NCBI GenBank assembly: GCA_028534125.1
Contig: CM052833.1
Location: 19,096,001 to 19,160,000, forward strand
Reading direction: 5' to 3'
Origin: Lama glama
Lineage: Eukaryota
DNA length: 64,000 nt
Positions 53,970 through 64,000 of this stretch are shown piece after piece. The notes beneath the pieces are model-generated. The model had not been told where the DNA came from and did not search any database. It worked only from the letters and a program-made list of their open reading frames with translations. The stretch's first letter is position 1. Each line of letters begins with the position of its first letter. A program made the position numbers and the translations under genes.

Positions 53970-54445
53970 CAGTGAGTTGGTTCAGAGGGAGTGAACCTGG
54001 GGGGCACATAAATCGAGGGGCGATGGTGTCACCGGAGAGCAAAGTTTTGTCTCATCACAGAAGGAATGCAGAGATGAGACGTGGAGATGAAGAAAGCAGA
54101 GCGAGGGTTTATTGCGATAGCACACTCGGAGTGGTGAGCCGCTGCCCTGAGTTACACGGGGTGGAAAATGAACGGGGGGGATATTCACGGGGAGGGAGGG
54201 GCCTGCGGTCGTGTTCCCTGATTTTCATCCCGCTGCACCTTCTGGAGGAAGGGAGGCCAGGAGGGATTTCTGTCCTTGTTTAGTCTGGATCGAACGTATC
54301 TCGGCCTCGGCACATGATGGGCACTTCTCGTTTAGGAGGCTGATCGTGTTAAAATGAGGGCATAATGAGCAAAAGGTTACATTCGGACACCAGAGATTCT
54401 GGCCTTTTCCCACCTTTTTCTGCCTCTGAGACCCCTGTCACCTCA
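53970..54445 (-). mobile_element. Possible second LTR, antisense; ends uncertain
   Basis: TTTATT at 54108 preceded by an ERV-LTR-like R/U5 text (ttttgtctcatcacagaaggaatgcagagatgagacg); ends in cctca; no convincing TSD found. Confidence 0.4.
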
Positions 54446-57400
54446 AGACATATGACGTCTTGTCAGTCCGGAGGTTCTTGCTTTTCTTTGTCTGCCCAGG
54501 GAGCCCTGTTTAGCAGATGTGTGGCTTCCTGCCGCCTGGTGGTGCTCCTTTTTCTGCTCCTGTCTGGCCGCATGCCAGTTCTAACAGTGGAAGAGGCACT
54601 GGTCAGAGTCCAGAGCAGCCCCAGGGTGTTCCTGCAGGTCCCTGCCTTGGGTGGGGGCAGGGCAGGTGCGTTAGGGGCGGGGTATAGGAGGGGCAGGTGT
54701 AGCAGACCTGTCAGCCCAGGTGAGAATGAGGGGGTTGTTCTCGGGGTAAAACGTAACAACTTTAATCCATAAATGTCACTTTGAGGGTGGGGGTGACCGA
54801 TCCAGCACGGGGACAGGTTCTGTCCGTGGGCTGTGATTTACTGTTGTGTTAAGTCCCCGCTCCTCGTGGCGGCTGTAAGAGGGGAGCAGACAAGGAAGAA
54901 CAGACGGCAGCGGCCACGTGTGCTACTCGCAGTATTAATGTCCCCAGCGCCCAGCAGGGACGGGGAGGGGGCTTGGCAAAACAGCAGAAGCCAGGTAAGG
55001 CCAGCTGCTAAGTCTGTCCCTGACGTGACTCACCTACTGGTAAGTTTGTCCTTTTGAAAGTAACGTAAGGTCTGTGACAGGTTCCAGGTGTACCGAGTGT
55101 CTTCACTCAGGTAAGGTGAACCCAGGGGGTCATGCCCTGTGATTTTAAGGCAGAACGAGGAGTCAGGATCACTAGTTAAGGTCCTGTCCACCTGGGTCTC
55201 CCTGGTCCTGTGGATTTCCAGCCTTCCATGTTCTCAAACCCAGACCTCAGGGGAGAGAGGATGTAAAACCGCGTCAGGAGGGGAAGGCAGCTCTGGGTTC
55301 CCCTGGGAGTCTTTCAGTCGGACACCCCCCCCCGAGGCTGGCTGTGCAGCTGGTCCTTCGCGGGTGGCTCTCCGTACATGAGTGCGTGTGGACTGAGCCT
55401 GTGCTTTCCTGTGGGGGAAGAAGGGAGAGCCGGGGCTGATGGCTCTCTTGACGTAGTTTGTTGGAGTTTGTTTTGAGGGTTCGATGTGTTCTTGCTGCTT
55501 TTCCTGAGGGTTGTGGTCTCCACACGGCATATACACCCCGTTTGTTATTAGGGCTCCCCTTAGTAACTTGGGGAGCAAAGCTGGGCTGCTGTCACTCTGG
55601 ATGGACTTGGGGAGCCCAAGCTGAGGGGCTGTTTCCTTGGGCGGGGCCTTAGAGACCCCCAGACAGTCTCAGTTCAGGTGGGCTGTCAAAAACAGCAAGT
55701 ATCTGAAACTTCCTTGCGCCTAGGGCATTACTGTAAAATCGGCTTGCCAGACTGGACCTGCATGTATGCCTCTCTCTGTACTGTTGTTTCCTCTTATTCT
55801 TTCTGCTTCTCGCTTTTGGTGGCCTCGGCAGTGATAACCTCCTTTGGCAGGAATACAGCTTCCAGCAGCCACATGGGTTTCCCACTGCTTTTAATCTGTT
55901 TATGCCCTGAGGTCAGCATTCCCCTCTCCCTGCAGATGGCCCCACGAGTGTAGTGTTGAACAGGCACATTTAGAGCCATGCAGATAGTTCTGGGGGCCTG
56001 ATTAGGGCAGTTAGCTTGGCCTCCTGGGCAGAACAGGCAGCCCCCTTCTGTGACGGAAACCACCCTGTATCCTGCCTTCAGCAACTCCCGTCGGTGGACT
56101 GTTCAGCTCTGCATTCTGTACAGGGGAGCTCTCTGGGGCGGGCCTGCTGGCGTGAACCTGCTCCATGACTCCCTCACGGCCGCGTCTGGGGTCGCAGGGA
56201 CGTCACAGACGGGTGTCTAGAAGCACGCCTTGGACATGCAGGGTTCGCCAGGGGACAACTGGTCTGGCTTCTCTCCTAATGAGGGGCTGGAGGTGGCGGG
56301 GGTCCGGACGGTCAGGGGCTGTCCCAAAGCTAATTCGTTAGCCTCTGGGAGGCGCTGGGAGGCAGCAGCTGCAGCCGCAAGCATGGAGGCTTCCTTCAGC
56401 GCTTGGCCCGGTTGCTTAGGAAGACAGGCCCGAGTCAGAGGCCCCAGTTTTGTGTGAGCCCCACGCAGACGAAGGGGCGGCTCAGGCTGCGAAGGTAACG
56501 CAGGGGCTCACGAGCTGGTCTTTCAGTTCCAGGAGCGGCCGGTCACAACTGGGGGTCCACGCGAAGTGGTCAGGGTCCTTCCCTTTTAGCTGTTCATACG
56601 AGGGCTTAGCCTTTAAGCCAAAGCTGGGGAACCGCGGGCAGCAGAGCCCGGCGCCCTGCCTGCTGAGGGAGGGCTGGGCTTCTTCCTTGAAACGTTCTAT
56701 CCCGCCTCAGCTGGATGGCTTAAGGGGTCAGCTGTGCTCAGAAAGCTCGCTGGTGGGGCTGGGGGCTCGAATGTCTTCCACACGTCGAGGTACAGACCTT
56801 GTTCTAACTGCAGGCCATCAAAGCCCTCGGCTGAAAGCTTTCCTCGGAGGGCGGGGAGCTTTTTACACCCCTTGGGAGGATATTCCAGAGCTCAGGGCGC
56901 ACAAAAGAAGGTGTCCTTTAAACCCAGCCCTGAGTACCAGGTCCTCTCAGGGACTCGGGTGGAAAGCCAGGGGTAGCTGGGGACCAGGGGGTGAGTCTCC
57001 TCAGTGGCTTCAGTTTCGGCCGGAGGTCCTGAGCTGGCTGGCGCTCCCACTGGCTCCTTTCCTGGGGGCAGGCGTGCCGACGGGGCTGGGTGTCTAAGGA
57101 GCCATGGTTCGAGCAGGCTTTCTGTTCTGGGGCTAATGCCCGCTGGGCCTCCTTGCTTAAGGCCTCTCGTTTGTTATCTGGGTGCTGGTGACCGGGTCAC
57201 AGCTTGACTACGACTGGTGGTGCCCCTGGCCCTACGCCTGGTGGTGTCAGAGGCCCACGCTGACACTGACGGACTAACCCCTCAAGGTTACGTGGGCTGT
57301 TATTGTCAGTGGAGGGCCCAGCGCTGGGGCTGCAGGATGGAGGGGAGTGGGGTGTTCCGATGGTCAGGGTTTTGTCTTAGGGGTAGGTTGTGGCTCCCAG

Positions 57401-60400
57401 TTTGTATAATGTCTCTTCCTATTAGGGGAATCGGGCATTTGGGACACATAAGAGAGTGAGATGACACTTTCCCTTCCAAGTCGCACTCAAGGGGCTCCAG
57501 AAAACTGTGCCCCTGGGGCTTCTCTTCCACTCCCTGTGTCTTACACTTACCTTTGGGCGTTCTGCCGTCGGGTGTTCAAGACCGAGGAGGTGGCCAACCT
57601 TCTCGCCCCCTGTGGTCAGGGTCAGCCGAGGCTCCTCGGGGGTAAGTTCCAGGGTTCTCCGAGGAGGCCCTGGGCCCCTCCAGTCCTCCTCTTCTTCCTT
57701 GTGTGAGAGGTGGCCAGGACACGCAGTCCACTTAGCTTCCTCTCAGACGTCTGGAGACACCTCTGCCAGTGGCCCTGCTGTGTGCAGTGTGCACACTGAT
57801 GGCTCTGAGGGCCTCTCTCCACTGCAGGTGTGGTCTCTGAATCCTGGGGACACTCCTCGATGTTGCAGTGGCAGGAGTGGGGGCCCCATCAGCCAGGAAG
57901 TGGGTGTGCTGGGCCCTAGCTCCAACCTCTGTAACTTTCTCCTAAAGTCTGGGGCGCTCTGGGAATGAAACGGGACTGAAGAATGGCCTGCCCTTCTGCT
58001 GACTCTGGGCTCACGTTCGTGCACACCCAGAGGCACTCCCTGGGGCTCTCGGGGAAGGCCGAGGGATTTTCCTTCCATCCTTGGTTGGCTCCCTGAACCC
58101 TGCTCCAACTTCAGGGTTTCTTCCTGGCCGACTGAGTGTCCTTGAGAGTCAGACGGCTGAAACGTGTGAGGCGCTGCTTTCTTCCCGATGGCCCCACCCA
58201 GTGTCGGTGTCGGGAACGACCTGGCCTCCAGGCTGGTCTGCAGCGTGCCCTGGACCTTTTCCATTTGTTTTCTCAGGTCCCTCCCTTGCAGTACTTACAA
58301 TCAGTGCCTTCTCTTCCCTGGAGAGCAGGATGTTGAGGAGGGTTAGGCCGCACGCCCAAGTGGGGAAATGGGTGTGCAGTATTCCTCAGTCGAAATCAAG
58401 GACTTGCTCGGGTTCCCCCCCACCCCAAACCCTCAGATGGACCCTTCCAGTCGTACAGCTCTGAGGATGAGAAGGGTGCGGGCACAGTGGCCAGCCACCT
58501 CTCCACTGGGGGCCTCCCGACCCCAGAGTGCTGGTGCTGAGCGCCGCTGTGGGTGGGGGTGCGCTGGACCTGTCCCTGGGTCGAGAGATGGGGGTGGGAG
58601 AGCTGGGGAGGGGCCCTCCTGTCGGGAGGAGGTGAGTGTGAGGGAGGAGAGGTCGGGTAGATGTGAGTGAACCGTCGGAAGGGGGAGCGGCTGCCCCCTG
58701 GGGAAGGAGGAAGTGGAGAGGACCCTCAGGCTGAGATGCAACACCAGGGAGTGAGATCTGAACTAGCCTCGCGTTTCTTACCGAGGCCCTTGTTTTGGCA
58801 AAGCACCATGAAAAACTGGGTAGGAGGGCTCTCCTCCCATTTTTTCAAGTGCTGGCGATAGAGGTCCAAGTGAAAAGTGATACTATAATTCAGGGAGCCG
58901 TCGGTTAGCCAGCTTTCTGCATCCGCCAGCTTGTACTGGCCACGCAGTGACGCGGAGGGAAGCAGGCTGGCCGTACTGGCACGGGGCTCCCGGTACCGAC
59001 TGCGCGCGCTCGTGGCAGGCTTGCTGGGTAGAGGCTTGGCTGTTGGGATAGACTCCTTATTTCTAGTCTGCTTTCTTTTCTTTTTTTCTTTCTTTTTTTA
59101 TTGTTGTTGCTTTTTTAGTGGGCTTTGTTTGGATTTGGATTTGGGTTTTGAAAAAGAGCGTCTAGACAACAGCTGTGTCTGTGACAAGAGGTTGACAGCT
59201 GGGAAAGGAGTGAACCTGCAGGGGAAGATGAGTCCTCTCCTGGAGCTGCTCCTGTTGTGGGATTTCAGCATGGCCTGGCAGGCGGCGGGCGGGCTCTCTG
59301 GTCTGCCTTCACCCTCCCAGCGGCCTCTTCCTAGGGTGGCCGCTTCCAAGTGGTCTAGGCGTGCTCACTGAAGCGCGGCCCCGTCTTCGGGGGGCTGCAA
59401 GGGGAGACACTGTCTGAGAGGGCCTTAGTTAAAGCCCCCCCAACTCAGTGGTTAGACGTTCCTGGACCCACCCTGGGGCTGTAGGAGGTCCTGATGCAGG
59501 GGGTGCTCTCAGCAGTCCCGGAGACGGGGTGAAGGCGAGTGGGATTTGGGGTTCTCCAACCAGATACATTGCCCGGAGAGCCTCTCTGGCACCAAGTCAA
59601 GGAGACTTGTTCACAAAGGGCTCTGCTCCGTTACAGGCGGCCGGGCAGGGAGGCCGAAGTCCCGCTTGGCCTGACCTTGTGCTGCCGTGCCTGGGAAGTG
59701 TGCCCCAGTGAAGGGTCCTAGAGAGAGCAGTGTCTACCTGCCAGGTGACAGTGAGCAGCAGAGTGAATCAGACCCCGGCAATGCAAGTTCCACGCATGGC
59801 AGGGCAGAGTACCCCCAGTCATCACTTGGCAGTGATCAGGTGTTCTTCTAAAACTGCTGGCCACAGTAGTGCACAAAAATCATACAGTTCCTAGATTTTT
59901 CCTAGTTGTATCTTCTTGCGAGAAAAGTGAGAACTGTTTTGGACACCAGTCCCCTTGGTCATAAGCCCTCTTTGCAGTGCCAGAGGCATTAAGGGATTGG
60001 ACAGAACAAAGTGCCCGGGAGCAGAAATAAGGAGTGACGGGCTGGCTGTGTGCTGGAGCTGTGCTTCAGGAACTGTGTGTAGGGCTGGGACAGAGAAGCA
60101 CGTGCCATAGAAAGTAAAAGGTCAGAAGTGTACTCTGTTTTAATAAAACGTGAGAATGTCTCGGCTGCGTTGAGGTTCGGGATACTTCTGGTGTTGGCTG
60201 GAGAACTCGCCCCTGGATTCCAATAATGCTCCTGCCTAGGCTCTGGGCCTCCTGCCCTCCGGCCCCGACCGCCGGCGGGGTGAGGGGGTCCCTGCAAAGC
60301 ACACCTTCCCAATCACTGCACCTGAGGATCAAGCAAACGTCAGAGCCTAGTGAAGAGCACCGCTCACTGACAGTGGGAAAGGACCAGGCCCCTCACCTCC

Positions 60401-63400
60401 TGGGAGATGGATTTTTGTCCCTAAATTAAAAAGCTATTCTGCTACAGTAGTCTTCAAACTTACTTATTCTCAGCAGCAGACTTGTAAAAGTGAAATTTGA
60501 ACTCAGTACATAGAACACGAATAGAGAAAAAAACAAACATTAGACTGCTGATTGAAGAACCTCTCGATTTACCCCACAGGTGATCCCCGCAGGTACCAGG
60601 GCTTCCTGGACCTTGACCAGGTGGCTCTGCAGTGGTGACAAGGGGTGGAGCCCCACCCGCCCCGGCCGAGCCGCTCCCGGGCACCCTCGGAGCCATCCTC
60701 GGCTCCCTGAACAAGCAGTCGTCAAGTGCATCCTGTTTGCCAGGTGCTGAGACAGAGCCTGGGCACACAGAACTGAGCCAGGCCCGCCCTCCCAGAGCTC
60801 AGTCTGGTGCGGGACGTCTTTCCAGGCCTTATGGCCCCAGGATTGCCCCAGCTGCCCATTAACAAAGCCTGATCCCGGATCTCACCCCAGAGATGCCAAC
60901 TGCAAAGGTAAGAGAGAGGCACAGAGGCTCACCTGCCTCCTGAGGAGCTCTAGCCTGTGGGAGAGACGAACACACAGGTGTGGAGATGCTAGAACAACAC
61001 GTGGAGCATCGGCGGGGGTGTGGGGAGCAGCCCCAGGAGGACCAAGGAGCAAGGGCACCCCAGGGATGGCCAGCCAAAGCTGGGGGGTCAGGCTGATGGG
61101 ACACCACTGAAGGGCCAGCTAGGAGGCTGTCAGGTAACCCGGAGAGGGGTGACAGTGGACGGAGTGGGGCTGGCGTCCTCACACAGTCATGGCGACGCCA
61201 GCCACCGCTCTCAGGACTTTACGTCCGCCCTCATTCTTTCCCACAAGTCCCACAGGGTCCTACTATTAGTGTCTCCATGTCATGGGTGGTGACTCATGTC
61301 AGGGGAGGTTAGCAGGTTGCAGAAGGGGAGCCAGGACTGGATCCCAGGTTTGTTCCTCTTCAAACCCGTACCTTCAGCTACAGCTGTTACATCATACTGG
61401 CTCTTCCAGAATCTAGGAGAAGGGATGGGTTGAAACAGTCTGTAAGAGGTGAATCCCAAAGGATGACTGGTTGGATGGAGGGTCAGGGTTGCTCTAGCTT
61501 GGGGCGCCTGGGTGACGCCGTGAAGCTGAACAGTGAATCCTGGAAGACGGGGATGCTTGGCAATGATGCATTTGAGGGGAACGCAGGGGATGCCCGCGGG
61601 CAACTGGGCAGGTGGGGAGAGATGGGGTGGAGGTGCAGGCTGGGGAGCTGGGGAAACTGACACGCAGTGAGTCCGCTCAGGGAGAAGGTGCAGAGGGAGA
61701 CGAGAAGGACGGGGAACAGAGAGGGCGCAGTTCCCAGGAGAGAGTGCCCAGCAGTTCTCAGGCAGCACGGGCCGGGGGAGGGGCTGGAGGCCCTCCTCTG
61801 GGAGGAGGTGGGCTATGGAGTGGACGGCAGAGGGCAGTGGGAGGAGCAGGTGTGGACTCTCCCTGACAGGTGCAGAGGAGTGGGCGCAGCCCGCCAGATG
61901 CTGCGGCTGCTCACGGGGAAGGGTGGTCTTTGAAAATGGAGGTGGCAGTGCCGGACTTGAGGCAGGGTTACTGCTCAGCAGTCAGTTACGTGTGCCTGCT
62001 GTATTTCGGAAGTTCCTGGCGGTCATAGCATGTGGTGGTGAGTCTCAGAGGGAGGCGTGTACAAGTGGTGATGTCACCGCAGAAGGCTGACACCTGAGCC
62101 GGGTGTGGCTGGCCGGACCCCACAGCTGTGTGCCAGGTAGACCTGAAGGCACGGCAGGCCCAGAGACAGCGAGACTGGGGCCACCCTCAGTCACGCCTGC
62201 TCTGGGACCCCGGCTCCGCCACGGAGGAGTGTCTGCACTGAGAAGGTTCCTGGCCAGGGCCTCACTTCCCCACAGACTCTCACTCCAGTGTCCTCTGATC
62301 CTCACCACCTGCCCCGTTTCTTCCGCCTCATGCTCAGTACGTGTTTGTGCAAAATGCCTATTGTAAATAATAATGCTTTTTAAAACCAAAACGACAGCCC
62401 TGAGCCCAGAGCCTCACGCAGGGTGTGTTCCACAGCTGGCCTGGCCACACCGCTGGTCCCTGCAGCACGGCCGTGACGGGGACCCTCACAAACGCGGTCC
62501 TTCTGTGAGCTCTGCCTCTGTCAGCCCCGTGAACCCCGCCTGCTCATTAGTACAGCAGGGACGGTGGCACCACCTTGGGAGGATCACCAGGAGGTTAGAG
62601 TCACATGTGGGAACGGCCAGTGAGGCCTCTGGCTGCCCCCTGCTGTCTCCCCTTCACTCGCTCCCCGCGCAGGTGGGCTCCCCACTCCCACCCAGGGTCG
62701 TGCAGTGGCTCAGTAGCCGGCTGATGGAGTCCGTGCCTCCTGCCGCAGGCCACCCTGCGGGAGCCACCCTGTTCTCAAACTAGCATCTCACTTGAATGCA
62801 CTCGACGGCTTTGTGGTAGTGCAGGGTTACAGGCCTAACAAGGAAAAAAAGACTTCCCTAGGTGCAGAAGGGGAAGAGCCTCTCCTCCCCGGGCTGGGAG
62901 CAGCTACTCTCCAACACTTGTCAGTTCCTTGTCTTTTTGAGACGGACGTAAACGTTTGTAAAGGCTGCGCAAGCCTTTTGCCAGTCGCAAACCCAGGACT
63001 GCTTTCTCTCCAAGACTTGGGAGCCATCCCTTTGAAACATCAGCCTCCATCTCCCCTGTGGATGAAGACAGTAGCGAACCCCGTGGCCGCGCCCACTGCC
63101 AGGTGGACTGAGGGTGCGCGCCGACCAGGTGCTGTCGCGGCCCCTCGCGGAGAGCGGGGACGCGGGGGTCGCACGCCTGGTCCACGAGGGGTGGGCTTCC
63201 CGGGGCCTTCAGTCCTGTGCGGGGCGCGCGCCCTGGTCTAAAGCAGGCCTACCCACCACCGACACCGGTTCCCTCCTCTTCCACTCCTGGCGACCTTTCC
63301 TTTGTCCTTCCCCCAGGGGACCCGCCGGGCTGCAGCGGGGCTGGGGGCGTTCAGACAGCCTGAGCCGCGGGAACGCGGACGAGCCGCGGGAACGCGGACG

Positions 63401-63537
63401 AGCCCCGCCCCCGCCCCGCCCCCGCCCGCCGCACACGTGACCGCCCGCCCCGCCCCTCGCGTCCGCACGCCCCGCCCCGCGTGGAGCGGAGCATCCCTGC
63501 TGCAGCATCCCGGGGCCGAGCATCCCCAGCCCGCGCT

Positions 63538-63597
<60 letters not shown>
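63538..63597 (+). repeat. (CGG)20 trinucleotide repeat in the PRELID3A 5' UTR
   Basis: Uninterrupted CGG x20 followed by CG-ATG. Confidence 0.97.
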
Positions 63598-63599
<2 letters not shown>

Positions 63600-63600
<1 letters not shown>

Positions 63601-63634
63601 TGATGAGGGTCTGGAGCTCAGAGCACGTGTTCAG
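63600..63634 (+). CDS. PRELID3A: PRELID3A (SLMO1) first coding exon; the gene continues beyond the window
   Basis: ATG ATG AGG GTC TGG AGC TCA GAG CAC GTG TTC AG|gtgagc encodes (M)MRVWSSEHVF, matching the PRELI-domain N-terminus MKIWSSEHVF; expected syntenic position, divergent from AFG3L2. Confidence 0.88.
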
Positions 63635-64000
63635 GTGAGCCGGCTGCGGCCGCAGTGGGTCCGGACCGGCCTGGGCGGGCTCTATCCCTCCGGGGCCGCA
63701 GGGCCGGCGGGGACGCGGTCCAAGGCCCCGCAGGCCTGGCCTCGCCTCGCGTACCGCGGTCGCGCGGGGCGGGGGCCGAGACCCTCCGTGAGGCTGGTCA
63801 CGCGCTCGGGAGGGGGCCAGCGTGGGCACGTGGGGGTCTTTGGCCCCGAATGCGCGGTGCGCGTGGAATGCGTCCAGCTGAGTAAAGATGCCCTCGTGAC
63901 CCAAGTGGCATCTTCTCTTGTCACTTCATCTGTGACACTTTGAGCTCATTCTTTCCTATTTTTAAAGGAACAGAGATATTTAAATTCCCTGACCCCACTT

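Larger units (their letters stand above)
63050..63900. promoter_or_regulatory. PRELID3A CpG island promoter (GC boxes, E-box CACGTG at 63434-63439)
   Basis: CpG-dense region with a CCCGCCCC array at 63403-63430. Confidence 0.82.

Noticed and set aside
63209-63943. Poly-Ala (-) and poly-Gly (+) ORFs as standalone genes
   Set aside because: They arise from the CGG tract in a CpG island, the + ORF has no ATG start, and both run across the PRELID3A splice donor; kept only as a uORF hypothesis.

Overview
GC-rich mammalian genomic DNA, probably camelid: the SINEs resemble the camelid tRNA-derived Vic-1 type, which is an inference. The window carries the block syntenic to human 18p11.21. It contains CIDEA (+, exons 2-5; exon 1 lies upstream of the window) and TUBB6 (+, 4 exons, exon 4 partly N-masked). 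It also contains AFG3L2 (-, all 17 coding exons, 2403 nt / 800 aa, intact AAA+ and HEXXH motifs) and the first coding exon of PRELID3A/SLMO1 (+), whose ATG directly follows a pure (CGG)20 tract. The main feature not explained by these genes is a ~2.8 kb tandem array (50270-53050) next to the AFG3L2 promoter. It is built from a ~36 bp monomer carrying a CRE palindrome (TGACGTCA; 12 perfect copies and 14 CpG-decayed copies by hand count) and has a higher-order unit. A 420 bp solo LTR with a 4 bp TSD is inserted in it, and + strand splice-donor motifs lie downstream. Most long ORFs in the supplied track are GC-rich noise. Comparisons with human proteins are from memory and need checking.
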